Assembly: GCF_964213995.1 (NCBI RefSeq)
Contig: NC_135808.1
Coordinates: 85,994,001 to 86,058,000 of the forward strand
Length of the DNA stretch: 64,000 bases
Direction: 5' to 3'
Origin: Mustelus asterias
Taxonomy: Eukaryota
Part shown: positions 13,003-23,674 of the stretch, one piece after another
How positions within the stretch are numbered: the first letter of the stretch is position 1
Layout of the letters: each line of letters begins with the position of its first letter
Program-made: the position numbers and the translations under genes
Notes under the pieces: generated by a model
The model's database searches: none
The model's input: only the letters and a program-made list of their open reading frames with translations
Told to the model about the DNA's origin: nothing

Positions 13003-13079
13003 GTAAGAGTTTTAACAACACCAGGTTAAAGTCCAACAGGTTTATTTGGTAGCAAATGCCATTAGCTTTCGGAGCGCTG
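13003..13079 (-). mobile_element. 77-bp terminal fragment of a Penelope-like repeat with a 13-bp TSD
   Basis: Flanked by a perfect direct repeat ctctgttttcaaa (12990-13002, 13080-13092); the minus strand reads cagcgctccGAAAgcTAatggc...aataaacctgttggactttaacctggtgttg. Confidence 0.7.
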
Positions 13080-14289
13080 CTCTGTTTTCAAAAACAGGAT
13101 GCTTGGATTCTTGATAACTATGAAAGGAAGAGCAGTCAGTGAAACAATGTGGGGTGGAAAAATGCAGTCCAAATGTGAGCACGTCGTCTGCAATTGCACA
13201 AACACTGACTGTTCCTCTGACCAGACCATTACTGAGTTCCTGACTGTGTCACTGAAGCCAAAAGACGTCATTGCAAACTGATAGTTGACACCGTGCATCT
13301 GTTTAAAGGGTGACTCGCATTTCCTGCCTCATTCCTGGCTACTTAGCAGAATTACAAAGACGCTAAGATATCCGGAATGTAGGCGTGTACAACTACCAAT
13401 CTCATACTTCAAAATATTTAATATTAATCAACTAAGTACAGCTATTGTTACCAAGTATAAAACAAGATTGTTAATCAGTTACAAGTTCAAATATCGAACT
13501 GCTGGCACCCAGCGTCAGTGTGAGCTGATGGTGTTAATACATTTTTGGGTGGGAAGTGAGAACTGTCAGAAAGGCTGTCCCTCATTTTCACCACAATGAT
13601 GCAAGTCCAAGTGGTGAGCAATGAGGTAATTTGATGCAACATATGTATTTTCTTGTGTTTTTGTTTATCAAACATTTTGTGTTCGACCGTCCTACTTTAT
13701 ATTTTTCCCTTCTTTATGGCATTTATTTAGTCAGTTGCATCACACTATATTTCAACACTTACATTGTTGCACATGCGGGCCATCAGAAGGCACATTGGAA
13801 AGTTATGTTGGAATTAAAGGGGCAGGTGTCATGACTAGGTGTTCCAATGGCTAGAACCACCTACAACTGACAAACACTCATTAATATCATTAGCAGGAGG
13901 GAATGCTCCAATATAATTCAGTGCAGGTATCAGCAAGATGGGCTTTAATACTCCAGTTACAATTCTAGAGTGAACTTATACTTTTTCAGTACATTGTGAA
14001 ATATTTCACAAAGATTTATTTTTGTCTTGAAGTTTATGTACACCTAGAATTTGTGTATTGGAGAATGGAACACTTTTCACTGTAGGCATTCAGTTTTAGC
14101 GCCAAGAACTTTAACAGAGACATAGGTACCAGTTTGGCAATTTCCCACTTTTCACAATAGCCATCCTATTGCCTTTGTGGGTAAAATTGTCATTAGTGCC
14201 AATAAATGTCGGATTTAGGCTATTTTGTGCTATGTCCTCATGCTCATTTGGACTTGAAGGTGCAAAAACACCCACTGTAAAGAGAGAAA

Positions 14290-14995
14290 GGAAACATATA
14301 CTCGTGAAACACTTGGTGGGCTAAAAGTTGATAAAGAGGAGTTATTAGAAAGACTGTCTGCACTGAAAAGTAGATACGACACCAAGTCTAGATGGGATGC
14401 ATTCTAAGCTGCTGAGAAAAGTGAGGGTAAAAATTGCAAATGTACTGATAATGATTTTGTAGTCCTCAAAGATATAGTGGTGATGCCAGAGGACTGATCA
14501 TTTCAAACGTGTGCACCCTTGTTCAAAAAAGGGTGTGTAAACCCAGCTACTATAAGTCAGTAGATTCAGCTTTGGAAGTGGGGAAGCTTTTGGAAATGAT
14601 AATCCTGGACAAAATTGATTGTTGCGTAGACAAATGTGCATTAATTAAAGAAAGTCAGCTTGAATTTGTTAAAGGTAAAACATGTTTCACTGACTTAATT
14701 GAGCTTTTTGATGGGTAACAGAAAAGGCTGGTGAGGGCGATGCAGTTGTTATTGTGTTTACAGACTTCCAAAAAGTGAATGATAAACTGCCATAATTAGG
14801 CTTGTCAACAAAGATGAAACCTATGGCATAAAAGGGACTTTGGGTAGCATGGATACAGAACTGGCTAAAGGATAGGAAACAGAATAGCGGTAATTGATTT
14901 TTGAATAGCAGGAAGTTCAACTGTGAGGTTCTCCAGGGATGGGACTAGGATCATTGCTTTTCATGATCAATAACAATGACTTTGACTTGGATGAG
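14290..14995 (+). mobile_element. Old CR1 RT fragment
   Basis: VGKLLE.II.DKI...IKESQ..FVKGKTCFT.LIELF motif in ORF 14509..14718. Confidence 0.8.
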
Positions 14996-15242
14996 TCGTT
15001 TGCAGCAGAACACGTCTGCTGAAGGGAAGGCTTGAGATGAGGGAGGGGAAGTTGCCTGGAAAGCAAAAGATCTGGACCATTGGCAGCTTGTATTTCTTGC
15101 CAGACAGCAGATGAGGATGAAATGGGATTTGAGAAGGTGCATAAGGCAAGAACAAACCGTCACCATGAGTGTTCCCAGTGACGCCAGATGAACTGACCTC
15201 AGTCACTGCCAGCCCATCAATGCAGAGCACTGTCTCCTCCAA

Positions 15243-15762
15243 GATTTGATTTGATTTATTATTGTCACTTGTATCAGGATACAGGGAAAAGTATTACTAC
15301 GTGTGTGCTATATAGACAAAGCATACTGTTAATAGAGTGTAGAGAAAGATCAGCTTAATATAATGTAGGTCCATTCAAAAGTCTGATGGCAGCAGGGAAG
15401 AAGCTGTTCTTGAGTCGTTTGGTACGTGACCTCAGACTTTTGTATCTTTTTCCTGACAGAAGAAGGCAGAAGAGAGAATGTCCGGGGTGCGTGGGGTCCT
15501 TAATAATGCTGGCTGCCTTTCCGAGGCAGCGGGAAGTGTAGACAGAGTCAATGGATAGAAGACTGGTTTGCGTGATGGACTGGGCTTCGTTCACAACATT
15601 TTGTAGTTGCGGTCTTAGACAAAACAGGAGCCATACCAAGCTCTGATACCAGAAAGGATACTTTCTGTGGTGCTTCTGTAAAAGTTGGTGAGAGTCGTAG
15701 TGGACATGCCAAATTTCCTTAGCCCCTTGAGAAAGTAGAGATGTTGGTGGGCTTTCTTAACT
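15243..15762 (-). mobile_element. Rex1/Babar-like 3' fragment
   Basis: ORF 15355..15639 (AASIIKDPTHPGHSLF.LL.SGKRYKSL..RT.RLKNSFFP.AIRLLN); tail (aaatc)n. Confidence 0.85.
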
Positions 15763-15857
15763 TTCTTTAGAAGCTAAGGAGATGCAAGAGTGCTTGTCCT
15801 CCACCGATTATTGACTGTTCCCTCCTGTCATGTGGAACCTTATAGAAAAAAGAAGTG

Positions 15858-16124
15858 TTTCATAGAATCCCTACAGTGCAGAAGGAGGCCATTCGGCCCA
15901 TCAAGTCTGCACCAACCACAATCCCACCCAGGCCCTATCCCATAACCCCATGTATTTACTCCGTTAATCCCCTTGACACTCAGGGGCAATTTAGCATGGC
16001 CAATCCACCTAACCAGCACGTCTTTCGGACTGTGGGAGGAAACTGGAGCATCCAGAGGAAACCCACACAGACACGGGGGGAACGTGCAGACTCCGCACAG
16101 TCATCCAAGCCGGGAATTGAATCT
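15858..16124 (-). mobile_element. HE1-like V-SINE, 5'-truncated, CR1-type tail
   Basis: V-domain gtctgtgtgggtttcctc; tail gatgggccgaatggcctccttctgcactgtagggattctatga. Confidence 0.85.
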
Positions 16125-16321
16125 TATCCTGCAAGATGAAAGGAAAAGTGTCAGTCAGTGTGTTGAAATGCATTTAGCTTCTGTAACTGCCATAGCTAAA
16201 TAACTGGAAGTAATTAAAAGCTGCAAAATGTGGAAGTGAATCTTGCAGTGCTGGTAAGTTGTGATGGAACATCTGAATGAAGAGCAGGGGTCTTGGTTGC
16301 TGAGTAACGGAGCTGTGGTAA

Positions 16322-18077
16322 AACAACAAAGAACAATACAGCACAGGAACAGGCCCTTCGGGCCTCCAAGCCTGCGCCGCTCATGTGCCCAACTAGACCA
16401 TTCGTTTGTATTCCTCTATTCCCAGTCTGTTCATGTGGCTATCTAGATAAGTCTTAAACGATCCCAGCGTGTCCGCCTCAATCACCTTGCTTTCCAGTGC
16501 AGTGCATTCCAGGCCCCCACCACCCTCTGTGTAAAATACGTCCCCCTGACATCTGTGTTGAACCTTGCCCCCCTCACCTTGAACCTGTGTCCCCTTGTTT
16601 TCGTCGCCTCCGACCTGGGAAAAAGCTTCCCACTGTTCACCCTATCTATGCCCTTCATAATTTTATACACCTCTATTAGGTCGCCCCTCGTCCTCCGTCT
16701 TTCCAGGGAGAACATCCCCAGTTTACCCAATCTCTCCTCATAGCTAAGACCCTCCATACCAGGCAACATCCTGGTAAACCTTTTCTGTACTCTCTCCAAA
16801 GCCTCCACGTCCTTCTGGCAGTGTGGCGACCAGAACTGTACGCAGTATTCCAAATGTGGCCTAACCAACATTCTATACAGCCGCAACATCATATGCCAAC
16901 TTTTATATTCTATGCCCCGTCCAATAAAGGCAAGCATGCCATATGCCTTCTTCACCACCTTTTCCACCTGTGCTGCCACCTTTAAGGATCTGTGGACTTG
17001 TACACCCAGATCCCTCTGTGTGTCTATACTCCTGATGATTCTGCCATTTATTGTATAGCTCCCCCTTACATTAGATCTACCGAAATGCATCACTTCGCAT
17101 TTATTTGGATTAAGTTCCATCTGCCATTTCTCCGCCCAATGTTCCAGCCTATCTATATCCTGCTGTATTCTCTGACAATGTTCATCACTATCCGCAACTC
17201 CAGCAATCTTCATGTCGTCCGCAAACTTACTGATCACACCAGCTACATCTTCCTCCAAATCATTTATATATATCACAAACAGCAGAGGTCCCAGTACAGA
17301 GCCCTGCGGAACTCCACTAGTCACAGACCTCCAACCGGAAAAAGACCCCTCCACTGCTAGCCCCCCTCTGTCTTCCATGGCTAAGCCAGTTCTCCACCCA
17401 TCTAGCTAGCTCACCTTTTATCCCGTGAGATTTAACCTTTTGCACCAGCCTGCCATGAAGGACCTTGTCAAACACTTTACTAAAATCCATATAGACGACA
17501 TCTACGGCCCTTCCCTCGTCAATTGTTTTTGTCACCTCCTCAAAAAACTCAACCAAATTTGTGAGGTATGACCTCCCTCGTACAAAACCATGCTGTCTAT
17601 CGCTAATGAGATTATTCAGTTCTAAATGCGCATATATCCTATCTCTAAGAATCTTCTCCAACAATTTCCCTACCATGGACGTCAAGCTCAGCAGCCTATA
17701 ATTACCCGGGTTATCCTTGCTACCCTTCTTAAATAACGGGACCACATTTGCTATCCTCCAAACCTCTGGGACCTCACCTGTGTCCAGTGAAGAGACAAAG
17801 ATTTCTGTTAGAGGCCCAGCAATTTCATCTCTTGCCTCCCTGAGGAGTCGAGGATAGATGCCATCCGGCCCTGGGGATTTGTCTGTCTTAATGTTTCCTA
17901 AAAAACCTAACACTTCCTCCCTTGTAATTGAGATTTTTTCTAACGGGTCAACACATCTCTCTGAGATGCTACCAATCAACATGTCCCTCTCCTTTGTGAA
18001 TACTGATGCAAAGTATTCGTTTAGGATCTCACCTACTTCCTTTGGTTCTAAGCATAATTCCCCTCCTTTGTCCCTGG
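16322..18077 (-). mobile_element. CR1 LINE, 5'-truncated, frameshifted RT
   Basis: ORFs 17317..17982 and 16482..17378 together give the RT (KSPGPDGI, DFSKVFDKV, PQGSVLGP, FADD); 3'UTR ends in a tgttctt-type tail. Confidence 0.95.
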
Positions 18078-19299
18078 TGTGTGGAATAGCATGAGAGTTT
18101 GCAGTGCAGTGGGTAGAAGATGTCTTTGGAAGATAAATTATCTGGCTTTGAACATTTGCATAAGGTAATTGAACTTTTCACAATACGACAATATGTCTTT
18201 AGGGCCAGACTCCTTTAGCTCACTTCCTTGGCCGTTGACCCCATTCCCTTTGGAGGGTGTGTCTTCAGAGCCTCCTGGGCCCTTACAGAATCATCACCTC
18301 TCACCTCATTTCAATTGTCTGGACTGAGGCCTCCAGCATTGCATCAAAGAAGCTTGAACCCTCTTTCCAGCCTCTTCTCCCATTGATAGTTTTCCTCCTT
18401 CCTTCAAAAACATTCAGAAGCAGTTCCCTGAGCTGCTGCAACCTGAATGCACTCCATCTTTCAGAGGGACAATCTGCCTTGCTGTAACTCGTGTCAAGCA
18501 CGCATGTGCCTGGGCCACCTCTGAGCATTTAGCTAGTCAGCAAAGCATATCCCCCCATTGGGGTACAGAGCACAATTGTGATGAACAAGCAGCATAAAGA
18601 TTTTTTGAAGCTTGTATCATCTTGACTAGGTGTGGCATAATCACGCATCGCTATCCCCTTATCAGCTAAAGGACTTTATTGAATTTTTAGCCCAAGATAT
18701 CATCCGAATTAATCCTCATAATGCTGAATGATGGTGCAGAAATCTATATAGAATGCCTGCATCTAGACTCTCATAATTAGTGTAAAATTGTAACAACTGA
18801 GAGATAATATCATTATCAGCTTAATTCCCATACTTTTTAATTTTGAAGAATTATCAGTTATTCTTCAATAGTTTTCCTTTAAGAAATCAATACAATTAAA
18901 TGGTGCTTATCCAAAAATGGGGAGCCACCTCACTGTGATTATGGGAAACCTCTGGTTATCCGGATCTTTATTGCGTTGAAGTTTTAGTTCATTATGCTAC
19001 GATTAGAATAACAGTATATGAAAGAGCTATCACCCATTATTTTATACTCTGACCTTTTTTTTTTCAAAGCTCTGTATCCAAGCCATGTAAAGTAAAATTT
19101 CCTATCGTACAGCATAGCCCTGCCACTGTAAATATTAACGCCGTTGTACTGTTTATTTCGCAGTTCAGATATCTTGTCCCTCCCTTTGTAGAATTCCTCT
19201 CTAACGCTAAAAACCTTCTCAAAACCCATCCTTTGCATTAAGTTTTAATTAATTAAGCGGCCTTGAAACTATGTAAATACAGGTTACTCTTTGAAGAGG

Positions 19300-19865
19300 A
19301 ATTTAATTGATGTATACTCAAAGCCAAGACAAAAGTGCGACATGTCCTAATCAGAGAATTTCTATACATCGATGCTGCACTAGTTGCCCAGACAGAAGGT
19401 CCGATCCAAAGGCTCATGTATCGTCTGTCCCTTGCTTATGTTCTCCTTCACCACCAGTGTCAAGAAAACTGTAGTTATGGGGTAGGGTGATTTATTTCCA
19501 CCATTGAGCAGACTCACAACACACCATTTGAAACAGTCAGCAAATTATGCTACCTTCAATCTGCAGTGGCAGAAAACATGCCTCTTGGCAAAGAGGCCAA
19601 CACATGCATTGGAAAGTCGGCCGCCAACTTTGGCTGATTAACAAAACTGCCATGGAAAAACACTAAACTGCCCGAGGGAACCAAGATGCTTATCTACAAA
19701 CGCTGTGTCCAAAGTGGATTGCTGTATGGTGGAGAAGCCTAGACAACTTGCACAAAGAGCAAAGGCTCAACAATTTAAATTGTCAGTGTTTATTATACAT
19801 CCTCAACATCATATAGAAAGATAAAGGCCCCAATGAAGCAGCCCTTACTAATGCAAGCATGCCAG
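19300..19865 (+). mobile_element. RTE-clade LINE fragment
   Basis: Decayed IREFLY.DAALVA, KFCYL.S, IGK.AA.FG.L and LLYG.EAW motifs. Confidence 0.7.
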
Positions 19866-21159
19866 ACAGAGGTAAAGACATTTTTCTTTTCAAAGGCTCA
19901 AAGTTAAGACTATTTTAAGAGCTACTGTCAGATTTCAGGGGACTACTTTCTGGTTTTCAGGGCTACTGTTTCATTCTCACTGAATCTTTTATCAGGTGGT
20001 GCAGTTGAGTTTGGTAGCAAGCTGATATATATGTTAAATCCTCTAACTCTGAATCTCTAAATAAAATGTCTTTTGTTAATTTATTATAAATAAATCTACC
20101 ATACTCTTTTTCAAAAATGGAAATTCTAACTACTTGGCACAAGGAAACTTATTGGAATGAGACTTATGTCTGCAGCCCCTTTTAAAATTAACTTGCAACC
20201 AATTAGCACACACCAAATCATTCTTTCGCTTTGTTATGCTAATTTCAAGTTTCTTTCCCTTCAATATTTCTGTTTTAATTGAGTGCTGACAAACATGTCA
20301 TGATACTGACTTGCAGAGGCCTGCCTTGCAAGGGCCTGCCTCCCTTAGCACAGAAACACCCAAATTACATTAAAGACACATAACACTTTATAAAGCTGCA
20401 GTTATGGGTTAGGGTGCTTTGTTTCCATATGTGATCAGACTCAATGTCACACTATGGTAAGCAGGGAGCAAATTCTGCTATCTGAGGTCTACAGTGACAA
20501 AGAGATCAACGCATGCATTGGAAAGTCAGCCACCAACTTTGGCCGATTAACAGAATGGCCATAGACAAAAAAAAAGCACACTGACCTACAGGGCCAACAT
20601 GCCTATCTACAAGCCCTGTGTCATCAGCAGATTGCTGTATGGCAGAGAAGCCTGGACAACTTGCGCCTACCAAAGTCAAAGGCTCAAGTACATCATTAAC
20701 CCCCTAGTGTTGTACTTTTTACAATGGACAATGGAAAGTCTGATACAAATATGGAAACAGACACAGATATGCTGACTGTCCAAAATCATAGAATGTTACA
20801 GCCCAGAAGAAGGCCATTCAGTCCATAATGTCTGTGTTTGTACTTGGTGAGAGTGCTATCAAATTACTCCCCACTCACACTTACTTTTTCCCCCTTGTCC
20901 TGCAATTTTATTCTCTTTGAACATTTTAACCAAATCTTCACACCTTTCTATCTAATTCTTCATACCTTTCTATGAACTGTTATTAATGATTTGCTGAATT
21001 AAGGTAAGCTTTACAACAATTCATTTAAGTACTAAAATAGGGAAAAAAATGCTCCGCGCAGATTCTGTCTCTCCTATATATGGAGGTGACTCTTCTGTCA
21101 CTTGTCACTCCCATCATTGATTTTTCATAGGCTTTTTGGAGATTTTAAGGGCAAATTTT

Positions 21160-21460
21160 GAACCCTAATGCCAAGCATGCTAGTGCTAACCAAACAATGA
21201 AGGCTTTGCTTGCTTGCACTTGTTCACGGGATGGAAATGCTGCATCTCCAAGGATATACTATAAGGAAGGTAGTCTGTTACTGGAGCCCAAAGCTCCAAT
21301 TTGTGGATGCTGCCAAAAGAACCATGAAAGCCTTCAACATCAATCACAACAAGTGGGAAACTCTAGCTGATCATCAATGCAAATGGCAACAACAGCTGTG
21401 GGCAAGAATTCACCATTATGATGACATGTGGTATCAGAAGCTCCAATGCAGATACCAGCC
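21160..21460 (+). mobile_element. RTE-clade LINE C-terminal fragment (a second partial copy lies at ~20470-20690)
   Basis: PKLQFVDAAKRTMKAFNI....WETLA.....W; 20490-20690 repeats the sequence of ~19560-19770. Confidence 0.65.
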
Positions 21461-21596
21461 CCAGAAAACAAGGGGTCAGCAAAAATATCCCACATCATTA
21501 ACAAGGGACAACTTGGTAAAGCTTGTGGCAGACAAGCAGATGGCCTCATCTGACCTCAGAAAAGTTTTGAGGCTGCATTCCCATCATCTTTCACAG

Positions 21597-21919
21597 ATCA
21601 TAGACTCTACAGTGCAGAAGGAGGCCATTTGGCCCATCGAGCCTGCACCGACAACAATCTCACCCAGGCCCTATCCCCGCAACCCCATATAATTACCTTC
21701 CTAATCCCCCCGACATTAAGGGGCAATTTAGTATGGCCAATCAACCTAACCCGCACATGTTTGGAGTGTGGGAGGAAACCAGAGCACCCGGAGGAAACCC
21801 ACGCAGACACGGGCAGAACATGCAGACTCCGCACAGACAGTCACCCGAGGCTGGAATTGAACCCAGGTCCCTAGCACTGTGAGGCAGCAGTGCTAACCAC
21901 TGTGCCACCGTGCCATCCC
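21597..21919 (-). mobile_element. Full-length HE1-like V-SINE
   Basis: tRNA-like head ggcacggtggcacagtggttagcactgctgcctcacag with B-box ggttcaattcc, V-domain and CR1-type tail. Confidence 0.92.
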
Positions 21920-22607
21920 GAAGTAAAATTTATTTATTAGTCACAAATAGGCTTACATTAACGCTGCATTGAAGTTGCTGAGAAAATCCCCTAGTCGTCA
22001 CACTCTGACGCCTGTTTGGGTGCACTGTGGGACAATTTAGCATGGCCAATCCACCTAACCTTCCACCATGGAAGGATGCCAGTCAACCTACTGATGTATA
22101 TCAACTCTCTTGTTGCATACCATTCTTACCACTTCTATCATTGCTATTGATACTGTCAACACTTTTTGGAACAATGAATGATGTGTTTCTTTGACCTGCA
22201 TTGCCAACGAAGAATTATTCAACATTTTGTCATTAACATCATCACATTCTGATACATTTCTTAAGTCATCCCCAAAATAGCCTACAATTAAATCTTTTAC
22301 TTTTGTGAATTCATTGCACTCATTGTTCTCTGGACCACCGTTTTCTCCATGAAAGTCACAATACCCTATAGTAGCTGACCCCTTTAAGGAGTGTGCTCCA
22401 GGAGAGTCATGTGACCCAATCACCCAATGGGGAGCGAGCATGGGGATCTTGGTGCTGAGCCAGGATCTGCAGCCAGAACAGACCCTAGAGCTAGAAGTGT
22501 TAACATTGTGGAAGTACTCCGTATATATTTATCTGCTTACAAATAAAGCGTTGAAGTTTGTTAGATTAACTGGTAGTTGCTAATCCTTGCAATTAATATG
22601 TTGTAAC

Positions 22608-22910
22608 CTTCCCAGGGTGGAAGTGTCAATTACAAGGGGGCACAGGTTCAAGATGAGAGGGGGAAAGTTTAAGGGAGATGTGCGGGGGAAGTTTTTCACG
22701 CAGAGAGTGATGGTGCCTGCAATGCGAACCGGAGGAGGTGGTGGAAGCAGGCACATTAGCAACATTTAAGAGACATCTGGATGGGTACATGGGAGGGAAT
22801 AGAACTGAGTAAGGACAGAAGGTTTTTTTTAGTTTAGTTAGGGCATCACGATCGGCATAGGCTTGGAGGGCCAAAGGTCTATTCCTATGCTGTACTTTTC
22901 TTGGTTCTTT
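22608..22910 (+). mobile_element. CR1 3' end inserted in the Gypsy LTR region
   Basis: PRVEVSITRGHRFKMRGGKFKGDVRGKFFTQRV plus the CR1 3'UTR tail. Confidence 0.88.
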
Positions 22911-23391
22911 GTCCTCTGTGACAGGGTAAATCAGAACGACTGTTAGCAGCGAGGAATGTCGAGAGAATGTTGTTGCAAAACTTCAGAGTACATCACATCA
23001 TTCCAAGCCTGAAAAAGACAGCAGAAATGCCTCTCATTGGAAAACTAGAAGCCTTCAATGCAACCACTGAGAACTGGATACGGTATGTAGAATGGTTGGA
23101 GTAAATTTTGAGGGCTAATGGAATAGAGAGGGAGGATAAGAAGAAAGTCATTTTAGCTACCACATGTGGTTTAACTTGATTCGAAGTTTAATGTTCCCGG
23201 ATGCTCAAGAGGAACTTGGGAAGATTAAGAGACTGCAAGCAAGGATTCAGGTAGATCTGGAAGCCATGCCAAGGTTTTTTAGAGCAAGAGCTTGCCGTAT
23301 GCATTTGTAGATAACAACGGAGCTCAAGTGGCTGGAAGACTTGGGTATCATCAAGCCCGTACAATTTGCAGAGTTGGCAGCATCTATTGGG

Positions 23392-23674
23392 GGGGGGGCA
23401 CAGTTTTTAGCACTGTTGCCTCACAGCACCAGGGACCTGGGTTCGATTTCCGGCTTAGGGCACTGTCTGTGTGAAGTCTGCTCGTTCTCCCCATGTCTGT
23501 GTGAGTTTCCTCCGGGTGTTCTAATTTCCTCCCACAGTCCGAAAGACATGCCGGTTAGGTGCATTAGCCAAGCTAAATTCTCCCTCAGTGTACCCAAACA
23601 GGCGCTGGAATGTGGCGACTAGGGGATTTAATGTAAGCCTATCTGTGACACAAATAAATAAATAAAATTAAACT
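23392..23674 (+). mobile_element. V-SINE with the alternative (aataaa) tail inserted in Gypsy pol
   Basis: Same head and V-domain as HE1, then ggcgctggaatgtggcgactagggga...aataaataaataaa; pol reading (WAA.IVP.) resumes across the insert. Confidence 0.88.
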
